In this document: positions 33,106-47,300 of the stretch, one piece after another
Layout of the letters: each line of letters begins with the position of its first letter
Position numbering within the stretch: position 1 is the stretch's first letter
NCBI RefSeq assembly: GCF_009914755.1
Contig: NC_060933.1
Length of the DNA stretch: 64,000 nt
Strand: one strand, 5' to 3'
From: the human T2T-CHM13v2.0 reference genome, Homo sapiens
Made by a program: the position numbers and the translations under genes
Notes under the pieces: model-generated
Database searches by the model: none
What the model was told of the DNA's origin: nothing
What the model saw: only the letters and a program-made list of their open reading frames with translations

Positions 33106-36100
33106 TTATACACTGCCGGTGGGACTGTAAATTAGCTCAGCCATTGTGGAAAACAGTGTTCACTTCCTCAAAGAACTTGAAACAGAATTACCATTCCACC
33201 CAGCAATCCCATTATTGGGTATATACCCAAAAGAATATAAATTGCTCTACCATAAAGACATATGCACATATATGTTCATTGCAGCTGTATTCACAATAGC
33301 AAAGACACTAATCAACCTAAATGTCCATCAACAGTAGATGAGATTTTTTAAAATGTGGTACATACATACAATGGAATATTATGTAGCCATAAAAAAGGAT
33401 GAGATCATGTCCTTTGAAGCAACATAGATGGAGCTAGAGGACATTATCCTAAGCAAACTAACATAGGAACAGAAAACCAAATACCACACATTCTCACTTA
33501 TAAGTGGTAGCTAAACAGTAAGAACACATAGACACAAAGAGGAAAACAACAGGCACTGGGGCCTACTTGACGGTGGATGGTGGGAGGAGAAAGAAGATAA
33601 GAAAAAATACCTATTGAGTACTATGCTTATTACCTGGGTAATAAAATAATCTGTACATCAAACCCCCGTGACACACAGTTTACCCATATAACCTGCATAT
33701 GTACCCCGAACCTAAAATAAAAGTCATAATAAAAAAATACAGAAAAAAAATACACTAAAAAGTTTTTTATTTGGCTGACTAATTCGGTGAATGGGATTTT
33801 CAGATTAATCAAACATTCTCCATATATTTGATATTTTAAAAATTTGAAATACATTTAACAACAAAACTCTGTGCTACAGAATTTAACCTGTCTGATGACT
33901 CAGATGACATTTTAGAATCCTGCATTGCTTCAGTACCAGTTTTCAAGAGTTCACTATGCAACTTCACACTGGTAGCCTGAAATCAGCCAGGATGGGAGTC
34001 TTTATAACACAGAAAGCAGTAAATTCTACAATGAGAATGAGTTGTTAAACATTTACCAGCACACCACTAACTTCTAGATCATTATTACAGGTTTAATTAT
34101 AAATTTCCTATACAAGTCACATTCTAAAATGTACACCCTCAAATATGTAGCAGCATAATAGATCGGAGAATGAATGAATAACCAAAGTCTGAGTTTTACT
34201 AATGCTTAAAGTTGCAAAAATTCAACCTGATTTTAATTTTCTTTGCTAATCATTTTCTGAATTTTTAGAACAAAAAAAAATCTACCTTAAAAGTGAGCGA
34301 AACAATAAAACATGCTGAAATGGCAGAATATTTTAAGTCTTGTTTAAAAGGTTAGAAGAAGTTTACTGTTTCCCTATGATTCCTTTATAATTGAATATTC
34401 AATCCTTGAAAAATCAATAAGTAAAAAACATGAACCTCAATAGAAATTTTGGTGAAAAACTACATGTCTAAATTATTCTGTTTTAGATGAAAAAATACAT
34501 GTCTAAATTCTTCCATTCCAAAAAAATGTAAACAATCATTTTTCTCACAGGATATCCAACAAATGCATTCTTATTATTCAGTTTCCTCATTTTTAACATG
34601 TATTTAGTTTTGAAAAAATTTATATATTGTAAAAGAAAAAGAAAAATCAAAATAATAAAGTTCTATTTTATCTACAAGATTGGCAAAGCTTAATTTCTTA
34701 ATAAAAACATTCAATGTTGGTGCAAGTATGGAGAAATAAACATTCTCACACTGTTAGTGAGAGAGCAAAATATCAAAACTTTCTGGAGAAGTTGGCAATG
34801 TCTGTCATAAGCCTTAGATACATGTATATCCTATAACCCAGAAATTATCACTCCAGAATTTATCACAAGAAAGTAACTAGAGTTTGGCAACAGCCAACTA
34901 TTCAACAACATTAGATTGCTAAAGTAATTAGATCATTAGTTTTCCATTACAGTAGCTACGTTGTGTTGAGTAGTTCATATAGCAGTTCAGTTTATGCAAA
35001 TAAAGGATAAGAAATAAGTCTGATGTCAACAATTTTAAGGAACGAATTCAAGGCACAGCTAAGACTAGGGTAGAGTCAATTCATCACCCCAGATTCTTCT
35101 CATAAAAAATCAATATAATTCATCTTGACTGAGAACCTTCATTATCAAGAACAAAGCAAATTGTAATTGTGTTGCTCTGTTTACGAAGGCAGAAAATCAT
35201 GCCTTGGGTCCTAAAGGTTCTTAATTCTACTTTTCACACACTATATACAGTTTTTCCTTCACAATGCTTCCAATAAGTATGTTTGTCACTCTTTTAATGT
35301 ATTTTTATTAATCATTTGTATAGATATTGCCATGGCCATAGATGATGCTGTCACCATCTCTTACCCATCACTGCAGTAGCCTCCTAACTCATCTGTATTG
35401 CCCTTGGAACTCCACAATACAACATCAGCCACTTACCCCGCATGAAAGCTCAATCCTTAATACAGCCTACACACTCCAGTTTATATGGTTGGCCCCTAAA
35501 TAGCTCTTGGCTTTCTCGTTCTCCATTTCTCACTTGAGTCCAGCATCCTTTCTTCAGCTTCTCCAGGACACCTTGCACAAGTTCTTTGCACAAACCATTC
35601 CTTGAGTTCCTTCTCACTGCCCTCTCCAACCACTACTGCCTTCATCCCCCAGTTAATTTTTTTAAAAACTTTTTTCAGATCTCTTGTCCTTGGTTGTTTT
35701 TTTCTCAAAGAAACCTTCCTTGATCTCTCTATTACAAGCTCCCATGAACATTCCCTTCAAGGTCCCTGCTAACCCACCTTTGTGGGAATTTCAAAAAGGT
35801 GTCCCTTCTTCTAATGTTTCCTGCAAGAAACTCAGCAGGGAGAGCTCTGACTGGTGTTCAGGCATCATTTACACGTTGGTCTGGTGTTTTAGGTGAGGCA
35901 CAGTCTGAACCACTGTAGTGGCCCTACCATCCTTCACGTGTATCACAGCTGCAATTTAACAATTTTCATAGGGAATCATTTCTCTAACTCCAGCCTCTTT
36001 CCACTGTACCTTATTAGACGCTGACCTCCAGAGTTCTGTGATATTGTCTGGACTTGATTACCATTGTATTCTCATTGTCTAGGACATTGTCTGACACAAA

Positions 36101-37539
36101 ACAAGTACTTAATAAGTCTTTACACATCAATGAATAAATCTAATCTTTCTTTTTGTCACTGTTATTTTCCTTCCCTCCACTTACCCTTTCTATTTCCATC
36201 CTGTTGATAATCCATACACAAAGATCATTAAAACTTTCTAAGAAGTCTCCACAGGTGGCTATTTGCACCAAAATTACACCAGTAATGGAGACACATTGAG
36301 GTCCTCAACAAATGGAAACAATCATTATTTTCACAGGATATCCAACAAATTCATTCTTATTATTCAGAGTTTCTTCATTTTTAACATGTGTTTAATTTTT
36401 GTTCTTTTCTGCATGTTAAATGTGCAACCTATGGGGATATTTAGAAATAGTGGGATGTAAAGAAACGTGTAGTATATCTGATGGTGCTAACAGAGATGAA
36501 TGGTGTGTCTATATTTGTGCATTTAGGTGTGTGTGTGTTTGTATGTGAGGTGGGCGTGATAGAGAGGTGAGGGAAAGAATCACTAAGATCTCAGTTCTGC
36601 TTGGCAAATAATTACAAAGCATTTCTGAACTACCCAAAAAGGGAAAGATAGGATTTACAAAAGAAAGGACCATGTCAAAACCATGCTAAGGTAAAGGAAC
36701 ATATTAACGAATAAAGTTAAACAATCATGTACCAACTGTACTTGATATTGAAAAGAGATTTGTGAAAGGCTAGAATCTGGTCTTAATCCCAGCAGATTTC
36801 AATCAAGTATCAAAAAGAAGACCTATGTGTTTATAAACTTTAAATATTTTATAATTTCCAAAATAATTTATCAGATTAAAAATGAAACATTAACTAATCA
36901 AGATAGGTGGAGAACATATAAGGCAATGAGCACATATGGGTTTGGGTAGAGAAGATTAAAGGATGAGACTCTGTGTCTTGGGCTAATTGTATAGATGCAA
37001 AACTGGTATTATTGCTCCTTCCTCTATTTCTCTTGGTTTTCTAAAAGTAGCAAATGGCTGGATGGAAATATTTAGGAAGAAGGGGCTGTTCATGAACAGA
37101 ACAAGAATTCTGATTTTTTTCTGCTCCTAAATCCAAATTCTACTAGAAATACAATGTACTCAGAGAAAATTAGAATGTTCATAGAAAAGTAACCAGGTTA
37201 GGGAAAGAAAACCCACAAAAATGATATTGGCTTAAAAGTGCTTTTAGATATGTATATAACCTTATAAAATCAATTTAACTAAACATTCTAATAGACATTC
37301 CCCATTGCGCATTGAAATGTGAGTTGACAGGAAACCTTGGGAGATTAACAAAAATAGTGAAAAACAAGTCTTGTGTCTCATTAAACAAATCTTTTATGCT
37401 TTCAAAGTCAACTAAGATCATGTTGTACTCGAATGAAAGAGAGATTAAAGATCTTGTAGGTTAACATCTCCTGACCTGTGGCTGGTTTATTATATCACTC
37501 ACAATATATGTGTTGGGTTTCTGATTTGAACCAGAAACT

Positions 37540-38830
37540 ATGGTGGGTGTTGGGCATACAACAGGAAATAAATCAGAGTCTCTGATCTCAAAGAACCCAT
37601 ATTCTTATTGAGGGAGAAAGGCAATATCCAAATAAAGAAATCTGTAATATGTTTGATAATGCTAACAAAGCTGTACAGTGTGTGTATGTGTGCACTCAGG
37701 TGTGTGTGTATTGACATGTGAGGTGAGTGTGATAAAGTAGTGAGAGAAAGCATCTCAATAAGTTGATATTTGAGTAGAGACCTAGTTGAAGAGAGAATGC
37801 CCCTGAAGGTAGATGATTGCAGAGAATGCCAAAGAAGGGAACAGCAGGTGCAAACAATGAAGTAAAAAAAGGAGGCCACTAAGGCTGAAGCAGTCTGAGC
37901 AAGAAGGGGAATAGCAGGAGCAACAGTCTAAGGAGTAGTGAAGACAAGGTCATATCAGGCCCTACAGTCCAAGATAATCCAATATATACTGGATGTTATA
38001 CTGTACAAGTTATGATGCCATACCATATCAGTTACTTGCTCTGACTTAATGTCTTAAAAAGGCCACTCAGAATTAAATTTAAGTAGTCAAGGGTAGAAGC
38101 AGAGAAGTCAATCGGAAGGTTATTGAAATCACCAGTCAAGACATAAGGGTGTCTTGGCTCACTCAGATCAGTAATAGAGGAAGTAAAGGGTAGCTAGACT
38201 GAGAATGTATTTTGAAGTAAAGGGATATGATTTGATTATTAATTGAATATTGAGCATGATACAGTAAGAAATTAGGAATGATTCTGAGATTTTTTTAATT
38301 TTTAAAAAAATGTTTGTGAGTATATAGTAGGTGTATCTATTTTGGGCGTACGTGAGATGTGACTCTGAGGTTTTAAAAAAATAGAACTGCCATTTGCTGT
38401 TAGAGAAAACTGGGGAAGTGAAAATCAAGGATTCCGTTCTGGATATGTTCAGTTGATGCCTATTAGACATTCAAGCAGATATGTTGCATAGCGCTTATAA
38501 GGGTTCTGGAATTTAGGAGAGACGTTCAGGCTGGAGGTGTAAATTTGGGGGTCATTTTATATTTATGGAACTTAAAATACATGACTGGGTGAAATTACAT
38601 CGGAAGAGAGTTTAGATAGCCAAGAGAAGGAGTCTGGGGACTGAGCTTAGATTTTCTCCTACAAATAGAGCTAGAAAAATGAGGAGGTTCCAGCAAAGGA
38701 CACTGAGAGAGTATGGCTTGTGAGATTGGAGGAGAACCAAGAGCTCAGTCTTGGAGGCCAAATGAAGAACATGTTCACAGAGGAAGCAGTTGAGTGAGAC
38801 AAAGATTGAGTCTCAATAGATTTGACCACA
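37540..38830 (-). mobile_element. L2 LINE fragments
   Basis: Purine-rich L2-like text such as ggatatgttcagttgatgcctattagacattcaagcagatatgtt and ggctggaggtgtaaatttggggg; boundaries approximate. Confidence 0.65.
38290..38358 (-). mobile_element. Short L1MA2/3-like 3' end inserted in the L2
   Basis: T-rich tail then tgtgagtatatagtaggtgtatctattttgggcgtacgtgagat; degenerate TSD attctgagatttt / actctgaggtttt. Confidence 0.65.
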
Positions 38831-41800
38831 GGTCATAGATTAGATTTTTTTTTTCTCATTTCCATGCTTTTTCCATAACACCATCCTTGCCTGAGCTATA
38901 GACAGGACTTCTTGGGAGCTGCTCATTCATATTGAAGTTCACTGAAATGTCAACAGAAATGGTGAAGGAGAATGACTTGGCTTGTGTTTTTCCAAAAGCA
39001 AACCTGGAAAAAAGGATTTGACAGAGGCCAAAGATGTACTAATGAGCATGCTACTTCTCTGGGCAACTGCCTCAGTTTAATGGGAATCCTCTGAGGAAAC
39101 ATGTAGAATATGCTTCAGCATTGTCAGGAGGAGTTGTTTATAGACTCATTGGCTGTGAGTTGCCTACCTGGGGCTTTAAATACTTAGCATTTCCACATTG
39201 CCCTGTGCATGTCCTGTGGTGGTAGCAAAAGTTCCCAGGCAGAGAAACTGAGAAGCATGCTCATCACAACTGCAGATGAATCCAGAGGTGGACTGAATTG
39301 GTATGAGCATCTGCTGTTGAGGACAATGCAAATCTGATTGTGGCAGAATTTGTTCACCATCACCTGAGAGCAGACTGTCGGAACTTTATTTTTAGACTAT
39401 GAACTAAGATATTTAGCTAAATGATCAGGTAGCATTCTTTTGAGCACATGCTAGATTGAGGAAAATATATATGTGTGAGAGCTTTTAAACAGTATTTATC
39501 ATGTCCTAAGAGTAATACAATCTGACAAATATTAGAAGATATAACATTCTGCTTGCATTTTTTTATATCTATAAATTTCTGGAAAATCTTCTAGTTTCTG
39601 CTGTGTAGAGAAAACAGAAAGAAAATTATTGAAATATAAATATTATAAGTGGTATTATTTCCTTGTTTTTATTTTTAAAATGTATTATTTAGATCCACCT
39701 AGTACCAAAGAGGATTTCATCTGGCTAAAATAAATGATAATTTTTAATGTGTTTTAATAGTGGATATGTCTATATGAATAGTTCATTAAAAGGAAATTAT
39801 TTATTAGTTCATGCCATGAACTACTGCCATTGTCTCAAGAAACTGTATTTCTCTGCCTGATAAGCAATGGGTCTTTATTAAATAGATGATAGATATTTGT
39901 CTTAGTAAAGTTTCATAACTTTCTCTAGGGAACTTATCCACATAGATATGCCTTTAATTGGCAACACAGCTTGTCTGAACTTTATGTTCTCACTGGGTAT
40001 CTAGCTATTCCAAATTAATTTTTTTAAAAAACAGGATTAATAGAGGATTGCCTGACACATGGCAGTATATTCTTTCCTCTAGATCCTCTGGGTCATCCTG
40101 GATAAGGTCAGGTCATAAACACACCCATGTAGACTCATTGCTTTGACTCTTCTAGAACTATTCTCAATCAAAATTTTGTGTTATCCCAATCAGTCTTTTG
40201 AGGACCTGTGGATTCACAGGATGAATCCACAGAAATAATGGCCCTCTTACTTATCTGCCACAGGAAAAAAGCTCTGCTTCTTGTTTTAAAAAACAAAACA
40301 AACAAACAAAAGTTAGTTTTGCTTTTATCTTCTGAACACCATGCCATGTCACTAGTAATATGTCCTACCTGTTCTGGCTGACTCTGAAGGCAACTGTAGG
40401 ACTCTGTGCCACACACTTCTGTGTGCCCATATTACATCTGCTACTGTTATTTTTCTACTCATTTTTCCCTTTGCTCAGACTTCTTTAACTACTTTTTATA
40501 TTTTGTGTTAAATTTATTTGTATAATTTGACTTGAATCCTTTGTAGAACCAAAAAAGAAATAAAAAGGAAGATGGTAGGTAGATAAATGAAATAATTTGT
40601 GAGCATTTAGGGAAAAATTGCAGTGGTTGTTGGATCTAGCATGGGTTCATTAAGAATAAACCAGGTCAAATTGACAAATGCAGAAAAAAAAAGTATTCTA
40701 ATTACAAGAGCATGTTTTTGTTTCTTAGAGTAGATCAGATGCTAACTTAGCTAGGTGAATTCGTCCCTAATTGAACAATGATAACAAAAAATGATTGAAT
40801 AATGAACCTATGCCATCTTGGAAAGAGGTCATTAGTAACACAGTTCAAAACTCCCTCCTTTGCCCTGATCCTTCAAAGAGATCACAAAAACACTGGGTTC
40901 TGAGGATTTAGGATTTCATACAACTGGGAGATATATAATAAAATGGAAAACAATATCAAGACTAAAAAAGTTTGGCAGTCTGAAATGATAGACCAAACAT
41001 TTCTTAAAAGATTGTGTTTAACAAGGATAGTAATAAAGTCTTGATTTAAGAATTTAATATTTGATTTCACTCTTCAGCTGAGCTAAGCCTAGGGAAAAAA
41101 AATTGATTTTATAAGTTCAAAGTGAAGGAGAAAAACCAAGATCTGGATAGACGAGTATTTGTAAAAACAAACAAACAAAAACAAAAAACAACAACAACAA
41201 AAAAACAAACCCACAGAGGTTGGGGTCGACAGAGTGGTAGAGTCACGTTAAGTTCATTTAATGGAAGTAAATAAATAACACTGTTAGAAAAAGCTAGAAT
41301 TATCACTGCAAATATTAATTGAAGTCAATATTCAAATGAAAATCTGCTAAAGTTCCTCTGTACTACCATGACATTGTATTGTTTTGTTTGAAAACCCTGT
41401 CTTTTAAGGACAGTATCAAATACACATCTGAAGAAAGAAAATTGAGGTGGCAAAACCTCTGGAAATTTAGCAACAATTGAAGGAACTGAGGCTATTTGAT
41501 GCACAATATCAGAAATTCAGTTGGAGGTAAAGTGTTTTTTATTTGGAAGAGGGTGGGGGTAGGCTGTTTGTAAATCTTTGGAGGGCTCTCCTGTAGAAGG
41601 GGCAGGTGTTCCATGCTCCTCCAAAGAGAAAAATCAGGATTATAAACTGTTTGAGGGTAGAAACCATGTCTTAAGCATCTTTGTACTCTTAGTAGGTCCA
41701 ATTAAACAGAGGTGTCATTTGATGCTTGTTGGGGTGTGGAACGATGTTACAAGACAGATTCAAGCACTCTATAGGGAAGAACTTTGTAAGAAGCAAAACA

Positions 41801-42050
41801 GCTGCCTTTTGATATATTGAGTTTCTTACCATTGGAAGTGTTCCAGCTGTGAGGACAATAGTGTATTAGTTCAGATTAAGAACTTGAGTTCTGAGATGAG
41901 GCTGACCTAGATTCAAATTTTAGCCCTGTTAATTAGCTGTAGGAACTCAGACAAGTTACTTAACCTCTCTGGATATTACTTTCTGTCTGTAAATTGTGTA
42001 TAATGGTAGCTGGCTTTCAGATTTTTTGTGATGTTTGAACTCAGATAATT

Positions 42051-42140
42051 TCTCCCATCCAAGTACTAACCAGACCTGACCCTGCTTGGCTTTCAAGATC
42101 AGTTAAGATCGAGTACGTTAAGGGTAGTGTAGCCACAGAC
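42051..42140 (-). pseudogene. 5S rRNA retropseudogene (nt 1-90, tailless), inserted in a MIR
   Basis: Reverse complement reads GTCTGTGGCTACACTACCCTTAACGTACTCGATC...AAGCAGGGTCAGGTCTGGTTAGTACTTGGATGGGAGA, colinear with human 5S rRNA; degenerate TSD gaactcagataatttct / gaattgaaatagtttct. Confidence 0.93.
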
Positions 42141-42795
42141 AGAATTGAAATAGTTTCTATGAGGAGTTAGTACAGTGCCTGAAACAACAGTAAATATTCA
42201 ATAAACTGTAATAATTATTCTAGCAGACAGTATTTGACAGTCTTCTAAGAATGTTACAGAAGGGATTTTTGCATGGAATGGGAAGTTGAAAAAATGATCA
42301 CTTGGTCCCGCTCAATTCAAAGCTTCTCTAATTCTGTGTTTTCTCAACATGATTCTTTTCTATATCTTTAGCATTTTATGAATGGTTCTAGAATTGCATT
42401 TATCTCACTAAGTTAAAAGCATAAAGTTAAAGCAATTATCAGGCTCCTCCAGAAAAAAAGAGTATCTCTTGTTTAACTTCACACCTCCAAGTGTTTAGGA
42501 CACTGATTGACATCTAGTAAATAATACTATATCACTGTATAAACGAATGAATGATCAAATAACTAAATATTTAATTCATCTGAAAACATAGACCATGTCT
42601 GCCATCTTTCAATGAAAATTTCAAGTACAAATGCTTGCTCAAATCGGCTTAATCAAACCATGCTTCCTTTAAGCCCAAATAAACAAAGCAAATGATAAAG
42701 ATTATAATTTATTTGTCTCTAAATAGCTATTTAAGAAATCAACATTCTTTAGCACCTACTACGGGCCAGGTGTTTTTCATAATAATTCTGTTTGG

Positions 42796-43209
<414 letters not shown>

Positions 43210-43573
43210 TTAAAAATATTCAAGTCACACTGCCATTGGGTGGTAATATATAGGATTTGAACCTTAGTCTGACTAATCCAAATGCTAAACGATTCCTTTA
43301 CAAATATTTTTAATTGCAAAAGCAACATGATATATGCTTATTTTGAAAGTTTTGAGCAGTTAGAAATATATAGACCAAAATATTAAAACTTCTTTTTATA
43401 GTTATTGTTTCTTCACCCCCTTCAACCCCCTTCCATCCTCCAACCTATAAAAAATGATCTGTAAAAACATCCTGTTAGACACTCTTCTATGCATTTACAC
43501 ACTTATATGATAACATATATAAACATAACAAAATATAAATGCAATAATAATGATAGAAAGATGTAGTATTTAA

Positions 43574-43885
<312 letters not shown>

Positions 43886-44093
43886 AATAGTGTCTCTTTA
43901 ATGTTTTGCTCATTTTGTATGCCCTCGATCAACTGCTTGATGATGCCCTAGATCAACTGCTTGATGATGCCCTATGCCTGTTTTTTAAAATGTAGATTTA
44001 ATTTTTCTAAACAAATTACTGGAACACTTTGCAAATAACATTTATCCTTTCTTATATATATTGTAAACATTTTCTTCAGGTCAGTCATTTGTC

Positions 44094-44394
44094 TTTTTTT
44101 TTTTTCTTTTTGAAACGGAGTCTCGCTGTGTTGCCCAGGCTGGAGTGCAGTGGCACGATCTCGGCTCACTGCAACCTCCATCCCTCCAGGTTTAAGCAAT
44201 TCTCTGCCTCAGCCTCTGGAGTAGCTAGGATTACAGGCGTGTGCCACCACACCCGGCTAATTTTTTGTATTTTTTTAGTAGAGATGCGGTTTCACCATCT
44301 TGGCCAGGCTGGTCTTGAACTCCTGACCTCATGATCCACCTGCCTCGGCCCCCCAAAGTGCTGGGATTACAGGCGTGAGCCACCGCACTGGGCC
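44094..44394 (-). mobile_element. Alu (AluS-like)
   Basis: Reverse dimeric Alu; perfect TSD agtcatttgtcttt at 44083-44096 and 44395-44408. Confidence 0.95.
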
Positions 44395-44399
44395 AGTCA

Positions 44400-47300
44400 T
44401 TTGTCTTTAACTTTCTTCACCTATAGGGTTTATTTTGTAGATTAACTGGTCAATCATCTGGATTTTATGTCATCTTAGGAAAGCCCTTTCACACCCAAGA
44501 CTATAAAAATATTGTCCCATGACTTCTAGCATAATTTTGTTTTTCTATGTTTATATTAGTCTGTATGCAATTTGTTTATGTATACAGTGTGAAAAAGAAA
44601 TATAACCATTTCTTCCCAAGTAGAGATAATTCTTCAAAATTCAATGGAAAATAATCAATTATTTCTGACTGATTTGAAATACCATACTTACTGCACACTA
44701 ATCCTTATATGTACATAGTCTGCCTTTGGACTTTATACTCTGTATTGTGCCGCATTCTCTGTTCTGCTATTGTATTCTGTTCTTGTGCCAATACCACATT
44801 GTTTTTATCACTATATGTTTATAACATCTGATGAGGAGTTAGTCTACATAGTAGTGTTACTTTTCTAAATGTTCATTTCCTTCTACAGATAAATTTTGGG
44901 ATCAATTATCAAGGTAATAAAAAGATGTCACTTTGATTAGGACTGCTATGGATTTGTAGATAATTATATGGAGAATCAACACTTTACCATATTGAGGCTT
45001 TTCATATGGGAACATGACGTGTCTCTATATTTTTCATGTTTTATAGTCTTTTAGTAAATTTAAAATATATAATTATATAGGTCTTGCATACTTTATTGTT
45101 TATTCTAGATATTTTATGGGTTTTAAAAAATTGTCAGTTGAGTAAATGAGATTTTATCTCTATTGATTTTTTGGTATATATCTTATACCTGCGTCATAAT
45201 TCGTATAGTGGCATATACTGAGAGTCATCTACCAAGAAGCCCTCTGACCACTTCTCTTGCTAACAGAATTCTGATTTTATTTGGAAGTAGCAATGTGCCC
45301 ATTCCCAGAGGATGAATCATGATTGGTATAAGCCAGTCATATAGCAATCCAAATGATTGTGTAATTTCCTTCATGTTCACTTTCCCTACTACACTTGCCA
45401 CCTACCTTTACAAAATATGTAATAAGGGAAATTCTGATAAATTTTACTGCTTGGTACAAGGAAAGCCCCTTTGTGCCTATCTCCATTCTTTCTTCCTACT
45501 TTCAATGCTGATGAGCTGGCATTATATCTGGTTGGAATAGCCATAACGTAGCCATGAGGCTACAAATATGAAGACAAAAAGGCAATGAGTTGCAATGATG
45601 GGGTAGAAATATGGAAACTGCTGAAGTCTTTGAAGATACTACAGAGCCACTGAACATATAGATAAACTGCCTTTTTCCAGATTTCCTTTTAAGGAAACAA
45701 GGTTTAAATTTTGGTTAATTCAGTTTCTCTAACTACAGCTAAATGCATCCAAACCTATTTAGATATTACTGACATATGGAAAAATTGTTGATTTTTGTAT
45801 ATATTCCTTGTATTCAGTTCCCTTGCTGAACTCTAATTTTTTAGAGGTTTGTTTTAGAGTTTCGAATTTGCATTTGCAGATAATGAATTTTGGTTTTGAT
45901 CTTTCTAATACTTCTTACTATTTCTTGCATTATCTAAAAGGCTGGGACCTCAGTGAAGTGTTGAATTGTATCAGTAAATAGCAGGTATTCCTCTTTTTAA
46001 TTCCTGACCTTAATAGGAATGCCTGTAATATTTCAGTAGTAAGTTTTGTGCTATAAATTTCTGGTTGATACTCTGACAATAAAAAAAGCGTTCTTCTAGT
46101 CCTGGATTACTAAAAATTTACTTTTGCTTTGTTGTTTTTTCTTAAGTCAGAAATAAGTATTATATCAACTACTTATTTGGCATATATCAAGATGATCACA
46201 TGGTAGGTCTACTGCATTCAATTAATGTAATAAGGAACATCAATAGATTTTCTGGTTTTGAGCATCCTTGGTTTTCTGGGATAACCTTATTTATTCATGA
46301 AGAATCATTTCTTTCATACAACATGAGATTTTTTATATAAACTATTTTATACAGGAGTTTCAAGTCCATATTTACAAGTAATATTGCTATAAAGTTGTTT
46401 ATGCATTTGATTTGCTTTGTTGGATGGTGAGATGACAAAATAATACTAGATGCAGAGAATGAGCACAAAATCTTTAAATAGTATAGGACTTTTACTTTAA
46501 TGTCTAGACTTTCTGTACCCTTAGATTTTCCAATAAGCATTCATTACTTTTATAATAAAGAGTGAATACATATATCTGAGTATATATATATATATAAATT
46601 TAAAGATATTAATTTTTACATGACTACAATTGTGTGACATCACATAAGTTTTGATATGTAGTATTCTCACTGTTATTTTTACTTTAAAAGACTAATTTTG
46701 GCTTGGTATTCTTTTTACCTAAGGGTTATTGTAAGAGGCTTAATATATATACATACACACAGGAATTATTGGTTTCTGTAAGGTGTACTAGAATCTACCT
46801 AGCACTTCTGGTGTGAGGGTTAGGGGATGTTTTCTTTTTTCTATAAAAACTGATTTTTTCTTCTTCCTCTTAAGACAATTTTCATCATTATGTAGACTTT
46901 TAAAAAATTATTATTTTCATCTAATATTTCTAAATTCATTGATACAATAGTCTCATAACTTTTTAATCTCCTCTGTGGAGTTATGTCTCTATTCTTGGTT
47001 TAATGTTATATATTTGTGTTTTCTTCTTTTGTCATCAGACTTACCTGATTTTCAGTTGATAGTTTAATTGATAGAGTTTACTTGTTCATTTTCATAGAAT
47101 TTTGTTTCTAAAACTCAATACTTTCTACTTAAAATTTTTGTCTAATTTTAGCTCCTTTAATTGAAAGTGGTTGTGTATTTTTAATATTTTCTATTTTCTA
47201 AATAATAAATTTAAGGATATTAATTTTTACGTGACTACAACTGGGTCACATCACATAGGTTTTGATATGTAGTATTCTCAATGTTGTTTTTACTTAAAAA

